Shown: positions 18,583-26,646 of the stretch, piece after piece
Layout of the letters: each line of letters starts with the position of its first letter
Numbering within the stretch: position 1 is the stretch's first letter
NCBI GenBank assembly: GCA_964435575.1
Contig: CAYSZS010000003.1
Location: 1 to 46,563 of the forward strand
Origin: an uncultured Gammaproteobacteria bacterium
GTDB taxonomy: Bacteria > Patescibacteriota > Microgenomatia > UBA8517
Length of the DNA stretch: 46,563 bases
Reading direction: 5' to 3'
The notes under the pieces: generated by a model
Seen by the model: the letters and a program-made list of their open reading frames with translations, nothing else
The model's database searches: none
What the model was told of the DNA's origin: nothing
Made by a program: the position numbers and the translations under genes

Positions 18583-20295
18583 CTAATTTTCAGGCTGAAT
18601 TCCAAAATGAATAAACAAATCACTTGCAATTTTATACCAAAGAGGAGCCGCGGTCTCAGACGCCCAAGGAGATGATTTCGGTTCCTTAAGACTTATAAGC
18701 ATCACAAATTTAGGATCGTCGTATGGAGCAAAGCCAATATATGATGCAATCGTCTTCTCTTCATCATAGTGCCCCTCAATCGGAATTTGAGCGGTTCCGG
18801 TTTTCCCGGCCACCCTAAATCCTCTTTTATATGCCCATTTCGCTTCGCCGCTTTTTGCTGCCTCGACCATCATTCCCGTCATTTCACCCGCTGCCTTTTC
18901 GGAAATAACTCGTTTCCCACTTACCGGTTTTATATCCTCTTCCCAAGAATCCTCCTTAATTTTATCTACAACCTGTGGAGTAATTTTTAACCCTTTATTC
19001 GCAATCACCGAAACCGCCGAAACCATCTGAATGGGACTGACCGCCACCCCCTGTCCGAATGCCGAAGTTGCCAAATCAATTTGCCCCCACTCGTCTTTTT
19101 CTCTTAAAACAGGATTGGCTTCTCCTTGCAGATCTATACCGGTTTTCTCTCCTATTCCAAAGCTACTAAGATAATCATATAATTTTTCGCTGCCAAGTTT
19201 TTGGGCAACATAGACCATGCCTACATTATCTGAGTGAACAATAACGTCAATCATTGATGATTCGGGATAATAAACCTGATCCCACGTCTCAATCAAATAC
19301 TTATCAATCGCGATTGGGCCGCTACATTTATCACACTTAGTTTCTGGTCGAACAACGCCCGCGTCAAGTGCTGATGTCATTACCAAGATTTTGAAAATCG
19401 ACCCGGGTTCAAATGACTGAGAAATTGCAGGATTTGTAAAAAACTCATTTCCAAATTTCCAGTACTTGTCCGGCTCATACGAAGGATACGAGCTCATTGC
19501 CAATACCGCTCCATTTTTGGGATTAATAACAATTCCTACGCCGCTTTCTGCTTCATATTTTTCTAAACCCCGAACCAGCTCTCTATCAAGAGTAATCTGA
19601 ACAAATTTATCTATGTGTGTCAATAAACTTACGCCTTTAACAGCCGCAGCCTCTCTTCCCCTTTCAAGAAGAATCGGAAGTCCACCCACATCTCTTTCTT
19701 GGAGTAAATATCCGGGTTTACCCGATAAAGCGATATCATAAAAACCCTCTAGCCCAAAATAGCCAACGTCTCCTCCCTCTTCATCTTTTCCGACAAAACC
19801 CAAAAGCTGGGCAGCCATTGAAGCTTCGGGATAGACACGCTTTTCTTCCTTTTCAAACCCGATGCCCTCTAAATTAAGACTCTCTATCTCCTCTTTCACA
19901 ACTCTATCGACTCTGTGCTTAAGGGGTACCCATAAAGCACCTTCTTTATCTAAAAGATTATTAAGTCGGTCGATTTCTATAAAAAGCTCTTTTTTGTCGT
20001 TTACGTCTTCAACAAAGAAAGGTGCGAGTCTTTCAGCTAATTTTTCGGTATCCGATTTGAGATCAGGTAAGTTTGCAAAAACAAGGTATACCTCGCCGCT
20101 TGCTGCAAGCCAACTTGCGTCAGATGCTAAGATATCGCCGCGAGTAGCCGAAACCAAAGATTGGCTTTGATACTGACTTCGCGCTTGAATTGAAAGTTCT
20201 TTTCCCTTCAATATCTGCCAATAAAATAACCTAACAAGAAGAGTTAAAAAGGCGATCAAAAACAAATAGAATATTATTTTGAGTCGAAGTGTCAT
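18583..20295 (-). CDS. ftsI: class B penicillin-binding protein (FtsI/PBP3-like)
   Basis: N-terminal TM, RGDI, RVYP, GLEG, EPGSIFK (SxxK), SDN, KTGTAQ; follows the ftsL position. Confidence 0.88.
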   Translation of the reverse strand: MTLRLKIIFYLFLIAFLTLLVRLFYWQILKGKELSIQARSQYQSQSLVSATRGDILASDASWLAASGEVYLVFANLPDLKSDTEKLAERLAPFFVEDVNDKKELFIEIDRLNNLLDKEGALWVPLKHRVDRVVKEEIESLNLEGIGFEKEEKRVYPEASMAAQLLGFVGKDEEGGDVGYFGLEGFYDIALSGKPGYLLQERDVGGLPILLERGREAAAVKGVSLLTHIDKFVQITLDRELVRGLEKYEAESGVGIVINPKNGAVLAMSSYPSYEPDKYWKFGNEFFTNPAISQSFEPGSIFKILVMTSALDAGVVRPETKCDKCSGPIAIDKYLIETWDQVYYPESSMIDVIVHSDNVGMVYVAQKLGSEKLYDYLSSFGIGEKTGIDLQGEANPVLREKDEWGQIDLATSAFGQGVAVSPIQMVSAVSVIANKGLKITPQVVDKIKEDSWEEDIKPVSGKRVISEKAAGEMTGMMVEAAKSGEAKWAYKRGFRVAGKTGTAQIPIEGHYDEEKTIASYIGFAPYDDPKFVMLISLKEPKSSPWASETAAPLWYKIASDLFIHFGIQPEN

Positions 20296-20298
20296 TTG

Positions 20299-20613
20299 TC
20301 ATCTTATAACTTGGGCAAAAGGATCTCCGATTTTTATGTAAAACGTATTACTAGCTTTTACGTATCCCAGAGCCTCGGCTTTCTCGCTAAGAGAAAGAAG
20401 TGATGTGGATTTAATCAACTCGTCCTCCAGTTTTTTGTTTTCCTCGCTAATAACATGAGACCTATTTTCCAAATCTGAAAACTCCGCGCCAAGAGCCCCC
20501 TGTTGAACGCTGAATATGACTTGTATGAATATAAAAAAGGCCAGCAAAAACCATAAAGATTTGGCTCCAGGTCTTAATTTATTTCGGTAGTCTCGTTTTT
20601 TGGTAAATCTCAT
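20299..20613 (-). CDS. FtsL-like bitopic coiled-coil protein
   Basis: 104 aa, one TM, coiled coil, AEALGY motif; between rsmH and ftsI. Confidence 0.7.
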   Translation of the reverse strand: MRFTKKRDYRNKLRPGAKSLWFLLAFFIFIQVIFSVQQGALGAEFSDLENRSHVISEENKKLEDELIKSTSLLSLSEKAEALGYVKASNTFYIKIGDPFAQVIR

Positions 20614-21608
20614 TTTTTTTGTAAAATTCTCATTTTTGCGCTTCTAGCCCTCGGATTTTCCTTAATTTCTTCCGTACCGGGAATAATGGCTTTTTTTGAA
20701 ATGATTAAAGCTCGTCCTGAATCCTCTATCACTTTAAAAAAATGCTTTGTCAGTCTGTCTTCCCCCGAATGAAAACTAATTACGACAAGTCTTCCACCAG
20801 ATACTAGTAGTTCTAGCACTTGGGGTAAGGCTTGTCTTAAATTATCAAGCTCGCTATTGACGGCAATCCTTAGGGCCAAGAAAGGTAAAGTTGCGCCGTG
20901 AAGCTTTGGCTTTATCTTGTAATCGTCACCGATGACCATTAAAAAATCTCCAACAGTTTTTATTTCTTTCTTCTCCCTTACGTCAATTATCTTTTTTGCC
21001 AAAACTTTCGCTCTATCCTGGGTTAAGGTTTCCTTAAAAACCTGGGTAAGCTGACCAATATTAAGCGCTTTCAACAGGTCCGAGGCGGTGACTTTTTGAT
21101 TAACACTATCCAGTCGCATGTCCAAAGGTACCGTTGAATCCTGAAACGAAAACCCCTTAATTTTTTTGGTCAATTGATAACTGGAAATCCCCAGATCAAA
21201 AAGTATCCCGTCAACTTGATCAAAGCCTTTTTCTAGCGCGATTTTCTTTAGATCTTTGAAGTTGCCATGAACGAGAGTATATGACCCCCGAGTCGGACTC
21301 GGAGTAGGGACGGGTACCATACGATACCCGTCAGGGACAGACACCGTATGGTGTCTGTCAGGGCAGGCTTCTATTAATCTCTCTCTAGCTATCTCCAAAG
21401 ATTCGCTGTCCGCTTCAATCCCCAAAACGTTACCACCAGACTTAACAATTTCTATTGCATGACCACCTAAACCAACCGTTGCGTCAATATAGCGTGCTTG
21501 CCTGCCTGCAACTCTTTGCAGAGCACCGCGGGCAGGATTTTTAATGTGCAAGGCACTAAGTACTTCTCGAACCATCACCGTCTTGTGATTATTGTCTTTT
21601 TCGTTCAT
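20610..21608 (-). CDS. rsmH: 16S rRNA m4C1402 methyltransferase RsmH, with two in-frame insertions
   Basis: HKTVM, DATVGLGGHA, DLGISSYQ, PLDMRLD, ALRIAVNSEL, ISFHSGEDR, NPRARSAKMR. Confidence 0.97.
   Translation of the reverse strand: MNEKDNNHKTVMVREVLSALHIKNPARGALQRVAGRQARYIDATVGLGGHAIEIVKSGGNVLGIEADSESLEIARERLIEACPDRHHTVSVPDGYRMVPVPTPSPTRGSYTLVHGNFKDLKKIALEKGFDQVDGILFDLGISSYQLTKKIKGFSFQDSTVPLDMRLDSVNQKVTASDLLKALNIGQLTQVFKETLTQDRAKVLAKKIIDVREKKEIKTVGDFLMVIGDDYKIKPKLHGATLPFLALRIAVNSELDNLRQALPQVLELLVSGGRLVVISFHSGEDRLTKHFFKVIEDSGRALIISKKAIIPGTEEIKENPRARSAKMRILQKK
21288..21362. repeat. array of three adjacent hairpins inside rsmH (15-nt plus two 24-nt units separated by AGG)
   Basis: CCGAGT-CGG-ACTCGG; AGG; GACGGGTA-CCATACGA-TACCCGTC; AGG; GACAGACACC-GTAT-GGTGTCTGTC; AGG. 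Confidence 0.85.
21501..21536. repeat. 36-nt REP-like palindrome inserted in frame in rsmH
   Basis: CCTGCCTGC...GCGGGCAGG termini with inner CTCT-GCAA-AGAG hairpin on the coding strand; encodes PARGALQRVAGR. Confidence 0.85.
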
Positions 21609-22032
21609 CTCTGGCCAACTCCTCGATGTAAGCCGCAGAATCTTTTGCCAAGCTTTTTTCCTTTTCTAGCCAGCTTTCTTTGTTCCAAATTTCAATCCTA
21701 TCGCCAAGTCCGATGAAATAAAGTTCGTCCTCAAGATTTGCGTAACTTACGAGCCTATCGGGAATAACAATTCTTCCTTGATCATCAGGTACGGACTCAT
21801 ATGCTGAACTGAAAATAAACCTTTCGGTGTCCCTAACCGGTGTGGGTAACATCTTTTGACTTCCGGTCAATCTTTTTAATAACGCCTCCCATGAATCTCT
21901 GGCAACCAAAACCAAACAACCCTCATACCATTTGGCTAAAATAAAGCTTTCTCCAAGATCGCGTCTCAAAGGAGCAGGAACCGCAACGCGTCTTCCTGCT
22001 GCAAATTTTGCTAAATATGTTCCCAGGAACAT
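21589..22032 (-). CDS. mraZ: division/cell wall cluster transcriptional repressor MraZ
   Basis: MFLGTY, DDQGRIVIP, FIGLGDRIEIW; first gene of the dcw cluster. Confidence 0.93.
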   Translation of the reverse strand: MFLGTYLAKFAAGRRVAVPAPLRRDLGESFILAKWYEGCLVLVARDSWEALLKRLTGSQKMLPTPVRDTERFIFSSAYESVPDDQGRIVIPDRLVSYANLEDELYFIGLGDRIEIWNKESWLEKEKSLAKDSAAYIEELARDERKRQ

Positions 22033-22074
22033 TATTATTTGTCATAAGGGCAGATGAGGTTTGAAATAGTATTC

Positions 22075-22100
22075 ACCATTTCTCACCATTTATAACCATT
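22075..22100 (-). promoter_or_regulatory. putative MraZ operator: three AATGGT direct repeats with 10-bp period
   Basis: plus-strand ACCATT at 22075, 22085 and 22095, upstream of mraZ and overlapping the -10 box. Confidence 0.8.
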
Positions 22101-22126
22101 CTGATCTATTTTCACATAGGTGTCAA
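22098..22126 (-). promoter_or_regulatory. dcw (mraZ) sigma70 promoter
   Basis: minus strand TTGACA(22126-22121)-17 nt-CAGAAT(22103-22098). Confidence 0.65.
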
Positions 22127-22179
22127 GGCCAAGATTACCCGAAACTTGAAGCTGTCTCAAACTTGTGTAAAATTGAGGG

Positions 22180-22920
22180 CTATTGAGTGCTTCCGAAGAA
22201 AATTCCTATATCGGAAGACCTATTTTCGAAAAGTTTCTGCCAGTTATTACCGTCCCAGTAATAAACATTATCAAAACCTAAATCTACTGTTCCGGAAACT
22301 TTTTGGGGAGACGAAGAAAAGATTCCATAAGGACCTGTTTCGACGTCAGAGGGAGATTCTCCCGGATATCCAACAGTACTCATAGCTACAAAAAATTCCT
22401 CGGACTCTTTTTCCAGCTCATAGTTAAATACTTTATCGATTGACGTCAAAAGGTCGGTTGAAGTTTGCATATGAAATTCGCTTTCAAATTTTGCCAGAAG
22501 TTTCCCTTGGGAATTTCTAAATTTCAAACTAATTGTCCCTTCCTCAACTCCTTCATCATACCTAAACTTACCGGAAGACTCACTTCCCAAAAGGAGATCG
22601 GCTTCGAAATTATCTTTAGCCTTAACGTCTACCGTCCCCGGAACTCCTTGAAGGACACCGTCTTTGGTCTTATATAAAAGTTCATAATCTAGACTTGCCG
22701 CGTCAATTGTAATTTTATCTATATTAAGATACAAATAATGACCGTCTTCGCTTGGCGTGAGGGAAACAATGGGGCGCTCATTTAAGGCAACATCCAAAAG
22801 TGCAATCTCTTCTTCAGGTTCTTCAGATTCTCCTCCCTTTCTTCCCCGAACAAATAGAAAAGCCCCGACAATTACCAAAATTCCGATTCCAAGAAGTATA
22901 AGCGGTAGGTATTTTTTCAT
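22180..22920 (-). CDS. membrane-anchored acidic extracytoplasmic hypothetical protein
   Basis: 246 aa, N-terminal TM, beta-rich acidic domain (LLLGSESSGKFRYDEGV). Confidence 0.8.
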   Translation of the reverse strand: MKKYLPLILLGIGILVIVGAFLFVRGRKGGESEEPEEEIALLDVALNERPIVSLTPSEDGHYLYLNIDKITIDAASLDYELLYKTKDGVLQGVPGTVDVKAKDNFEADLLLGSESSGKFRYDEGVEEGTISLKFRNSQGKLLAKFESEFHMQTSTDLLTSIDKVFNYELEKESEEFFVAMSTVGYPGESPSDVETGPYGIFSSSPQKVSGTVDLGFDNVYYWDGNNWQKLFENRSSDIGIFFGSTQ

Positions 22921-23000
22921 GAATTATATGGTTGAATAGTTAAATTGTTACATGGCTAAAAACTACTGTCAATCATACAGCCATCTAATCATAAAGCTAT

Positions 23001-24302
23001 CTAGCTATTTCCTAATTTCTCCTTAAACCATCCTTCCAAATTGTCGATAATGACTCTTTCCTGCTTCGCCGTATCCCTATCTCTTATTGTTACAGTGTCA
23101 TCTTCGAGAGTTTGAAAATCTATTGTCACACACCAAGGCGTTCCAACCTCATCTTGCGCGAAGTAACGTTTGCCAATGTTACCGCGGGAATCCCATACTA
23201 CGTGCAGATTTTTTGATAATGTTTGGTAAATTTCTCTTGCTTTACTTGCTAAGTCATCTTTGTTTGCCAAAAGAGGAAAAACTGCTGCTTTATATGGTGC
23301 AAGCCGAGGGTTTAATTTTAAGTAAACCCGAGGTTCTGAACTTGTCGAAGAATCCTCTGTTAAAGCATCAATAAGGAAAAATAATGCTGCCCTGTCAACA
23401 CCACCAGAAGTTTCAATTACCCAAGGAACATACTCCTCACCAGCATCATCTTTATAAGAAAGCTTATGGTTTTTAAGATCGTAGTCTCCCCGATGATGAA
23501 TTCCCTCGAATTCTTTCCAGCCGAACGGGGAATTGTACTCGATATCAGTAGCAAAACGTGCATAATGGGCTCTTTCATCCGACTCATGGTCCCTGTGACG
23601 AAGGTTTTCTTTTTTTATTCCAAGTCTTTTATACCAACTTAGTCTTTCTTCTTTCCAGTATTCAAATGTCTTTTTAGATTCTGACTCATCCGGTTTTACA
23701 AAATACTCCAGTTCCATTTGCTCAAATTCCCTGCTTCTGAAAGTGAAATTCCCCGGAGTGATCTCATTCCTGAAAGCTTTGCCTATTTGTGCTATTCCGA
23801 AAGGAATTTTTATTCTTGTCGAATCAACGACGTTTTGAAAATTGACAAAAACTCCCTGGGTAATTTCTCCCCGAAGATATGCCTTCTGTTTGGGTTCAGT
23901 TACACCTAAAAATACCTCTGTCATCAAATTAAACGACTTTGGTTCTGTCCATTCAACTTTCTGACCCTCGTGCGTTTTCTCATGTTCTACTTTTGCCTCT
24001 TCGTTATCGGCACGAATTCGCTGGTGACAGATCTTACATTCAACTAAGGGGTCTGTGAATGCATCCAAATGGCCTGATGCTTTCCAGACTTCGGGGTTCA
24101 TGATTATCGCCGCGTCAATTCCCACAACGTCTTCACGATCATAAACCATGTCTTTCCACCATTGTCTCTTGATATTATTTTTAAGCTCAACCCCCAAAGG
24201 TCCATAGTCCCAAAACCCGGTTAACCCCCCATAAATCTCACTTCCTGGATATATAAATCCCCGTCTTTTGGCAAGAGAAGTAATTTTCTCCATCAAATCC
24301 AT
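23001..24302 (-). CDS. glyQS: glycine--tRNA ligase, homodimeric (alpha2) type
   Basis: LAKRRGF, DYGPLG, SGH, IGKAFRNEITPGNFTFRSREFEQME, GNIGKRY anticodon domain; start moved to ATG 24302 (TATAAT 6 nt upstream, avoids overlap with the divergent gene). Confidence 0.96.
   Translation of the reverse strand: MDLMEKITSLAKRRGFIYPGSEIYGGLTGFWDYGPLGVELKNNIKRQWWKDMVYDREDVVGIDAAIIMNPEVWKASGHLDAFTDPLVECKICHQRIRADNEEAKVEHEKTHEGQKVEWTEPKSFNLMTEVFLGVTEPKQKAYLRGEITQGVFVNFQNVVDSTRIKIPFGIAQIGKAFRNEITPGNFTFRSREFEQMELEYFVKPDESESKKTFEYWKEERLSWYKRLGIKKENLRHRDHESDERAHYARFATDIEYNSPFGWKEFEGIHHRGDYDLKNHKLSYKDDAGEEYVPWVIETSGGVDRAALFFLIDALTEDSSTSSEPRVYLKLNPRLAPYKAAVFPLLANKDDLASKAREIYQTLSKNLHVVWDSRGNIGKRYFAQDEVGTPWCVTIDFQTLEDDTVTIRDRDTAKQERVIIDNLEGWFKEKLGNS
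23331..23356. repeat. REP-like imperfect hairpin inside glyQS
   Basis: coding strand AGG-A-TTCT-TCGACAAGTTC-AGAA-CCT, encoding the extra peptide SSTSSE. Confidence 0.5.
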
Positions 24303-24363
24303 ATTTGAATTATAACTATTTAATTGATTCTTATCCATAGGTCGAACTATAATCAAAACACTC

Positions 24364-24843
24364 ATGTCTCATACAGGAGAGAAAATCTGCTTTACCGTAA
24401 ATGCACTCATAACTCACAAAGACAAAGTTCTGCTGGTTTTTCATAAAGACTATCAAACTTGGTTTCCACCAGGCGGTCATGTTGAAAAAGAGGAAGATCC
24501 GGAAACTGCTGTTTACAGAGAAATTGTTGAAGAAACAGGATTAACTAAAAACGAGTTAACCCCTATCGAAAACAAATTTGAAGCAAACGAAAACATTTTT
24601 TCTGATATGAGTGGAAGACTTCTTATATCACCACTTTATAGCGATATCCACACTATTGGTCCTAATCGCGAACATGTTGGTCTAAGATTCTTTTTCAAAA
24701 GCACAAAGGAAATTGTTGTATCTTCGGATGATGACACTACTGAAATAAGATGGTTTACCATCGAAGAACTTAATGGTCATAAATACAATCTGCGAAAACA
24801 CGTCATATTTTACGGTGAAATCGCGATAAGGTTGTCCGCATAG
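24364..24843 (+). CDS. NUDIX hydrolase
   Basis: Nudix box GGHVEKEEDPETAVYREIVEETG. Confidence 0.9.
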   Translation: MSHTGEKICFTVNALITHKDKVLLVFHKDYQTWFPPGGHVEKEEDPETAVYREIVEETGLTKNELTPIENKFEANENIFSDMSGRLLISPLYSDIHTIGPNREHVGLRFFFKSTKEIVVSSDDDTTEIRWFTIEELNGHKYNLRKHVIFYGEIAIRLSA

Positions 24844-24928
24844 ATAGGCGTTTGAAAGACATCTTTGTTTCAAAACAAAAATTTACGGAATATAAAAGCC
24901 AACACTTCGACAAACTGGCGAAATTATA

Positions 24929-26062
24929 CTACTCCTCTCCGCTATCTAATTCAAGAGTTTTAATATCTGGAAGTTTATTGTCCATAACTCCCTGCAATTC
25001 ACCAAACATTCTCGAAGTATTAAGTTGCATTCTTTTAAGTTCCGTTTCTCGTTTTTTCCAAATCCTTTCCATTGACCTTCGTTCGGTTAACAAATCCTCC
25101 TCCATTGCTTTAACCCCGTCTGCGAAGGCCTCAAAGCGGTGTCTAAAAGCATCGCTTTGAATATATTCATACAGGAGCTCTAGTTTTTCATCTTTATTCA
25201 CACTTGCTGATTTTGCCTGAGCTATAAGCATTAAATTACGTCTTAACACGCTAGCAATAGATAAACAATATGTTATAGACGTCACAATTACTCCTTCAAT
25301 TACCTTAAAATTATCAATTTCAGAGGGTGGGTTTTCGCAGACCAGAACAATCATCGTTGCATCGTTTTTCCGCCCGTCCTCTTTCAATTTCGGAATCCAG
25401 GACTTCGTCCACTTTGCTCTCTTCGTTTCCCATAAAATTACGCCGGCTAATTTTCCGTTTTGATTTTTGACATTTTGCAAAATATCAGCTCCTTGCACTC
25501 CTTTCCCGATCGGAGTTATTTCATCGTAAACAAACGCGTTTTTCAGTTTTTCTTCCAAGTCAAGTTCAAGCACTTCACCCTGGAGTTGCTGGGATTTTTG
25601 TGTCCCTTTGGCTTTAGCTTCTTCCAAAGCCCTCTGCATATCATCGTTTTTCTTCTTTAGTTCGGCAATTTCGAGAGAAACTGCTTCGCGTTCTTGATTC
25701 GAAGCCTCTTTCCTAATTTTTTCTTCGTTCTCTACGAGCTTTCTCTTCATTTCCAATTCTCTTTCTTCATCCCGCCTTCTTAACATCCTCATTTGATCAT
25801 TCATTTGTTCCAATTCTTTTAATAATTTATTGTTTCTGATAACCTCTTCCTCTTTTTCTTTTTCCAAACGCCTGATTTGAAGGTCAAAATCTTTTCTTAG
25901 CTTTTCGAAAGCCTCGTCTTCTGCTTTTTTTGAAGCTTCAATCAACTCCTTCTGATGCTGCAACTTTAAAGACTCAAGAACCTGCTCTTCCACTTGATGA
26001 GTTAAAGCTTCGGAAATCTCAATTTGCTCGCCGCAACGTGGACATTTGAAAGTTACCGCCAT
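24929..26062 (-). CDS. DUF2130 family coiled-coil protein
   Basis: N-terminal CPRCG, long coiled coil, SQQLQGEVLE, GADILQ, ILWETKR, WIPKLKED, ERRSMERIWKKRE. Confidence 0.85.
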   Translation of the reverse strand: MAVTFKCPRCGEQIEISEALTHQVEEQVLESLKLQHQKELIEASKKAEDEAFEKLRKDFDLQIRRLEKEKEEEVIRNNKLLKELEQMNDQMRMLRRRDEERELEMKRKLVENEEKIRKEASNQEREAVSLEIAELKKKNDDMQRALEEAKAKGTQKSQQLQGEVLELDLEEKLKNAFVYDEITPIGKGVQGADILQNVKNQNGKLAGVILWETKRAKWTKSWIPKLKEDGRKNDATMIVLVCENPPSEIDNFKVIEGVIVTSITYCLSIASVLRRNLMLIAQAKSASVNKDEKLELLYEYIQSDAFRHRFEAFADGVKAMEEDLLTERRSMERIWKKRETELKRMQLNTSRMFGELQGVMDNKLPDIKTLELDSGEE

Positions 26063-26094
26063 AATGATTCTGATTGTATCACCAATTCGAACCT

Positions 26095-26646
26095 CTAGGA
26101 GAGAATCTTTTTGCCAACCCGAATTGTAGACATCTCTCTCTCAGTAATCTCGACTAACACCTTGTCCGGGTCTTCCATTTTCTTCCCCAACGGCCAGAAA
26201 CCCAAAAGCACGAGGACTTCCATGATGAAATCGCTCCTCAATTCCTTTAAACTTGTTTCTTGATTATTTTCGACTTTTTTCAAATATGAAATTAGTAGTT
26301 CAAAAAGACGGTCATTTTTTTCTTCATCGTGAGTCAATCTTCCCACAACTTCCATTAAAAAATAAGAAAGCGCCGCCTTTTTTAAGTTAGTTCGTATTTT
26401 CTGAAAGTCGCTTATAGTTTCCGCCTCGGTGATAACGCCCAATCCCTTTCCCCCAGATACTGAAAATCTTAGGTTACTGAAAACTTCTATATGGCCTCTT
26501 TTTCTACTTCTGGGTTTACGAACGCCCTTAGCAACAAGTCTAAGTTTCCCGAAACTCTTACTATAAATTACCAAAATTCTGTCGGCTTCGCCGTAATTTT
26601 TTCTGGCAAGAACCACTCCCTCTGAAGAAAAATTTCGGGGTCTCAT
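26095..26646 (-). CDS. recO: DNA repair protein RecO (short form)
   Basis: EGVVLARKNYGEADRIL, GKLRLVAKGVRKPRSR; 183 aa, no Zn-finger region. Confidence 0.92.
   Translation of the reverse strand: MRPRNFSSEGVVLARKNYGEADRILVIYSKSFGKLRLVAKGVRKPRSRKRGHIEVFSNLRFSVSGGKGLGVITEAETISDFQKIRTNLKKAALSYFLMEVVGRLTHDEEKNDRLFELLISYLKKVENNQETSLKELRSDFIMEVLVLLGFWPLGKKMEDPDKVLVEITEREMSTIRVGKKILS

Noticed and set aside
21288-21362. Possible mini-CRISPR array
   Set aside because: Only two 24-nt units separated by 3 nt, no spacers, no cas genes, and it lies in frame within rsmH.
24303-24365. N-terminal extension of GlyRS to 24365
   Set aside because: It overlaps the divergent NUDIX start and both promoters; family similarity begins at MDLMEKI.
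24851-24874. TTTGAAA...TTTCAAA inverted repeat as a terminator between convergent genes
   Set aside because: AT-rich 7-bp stem with a 10-nt loop; plausible but not supportable.
26095-26646. recO as a truncated pseudogene
   Set aside because: The ORF is clean and tightly packed with no downstream remnant; short RecO forms lacking the Zn-finger region are consistent with reduced genomes.
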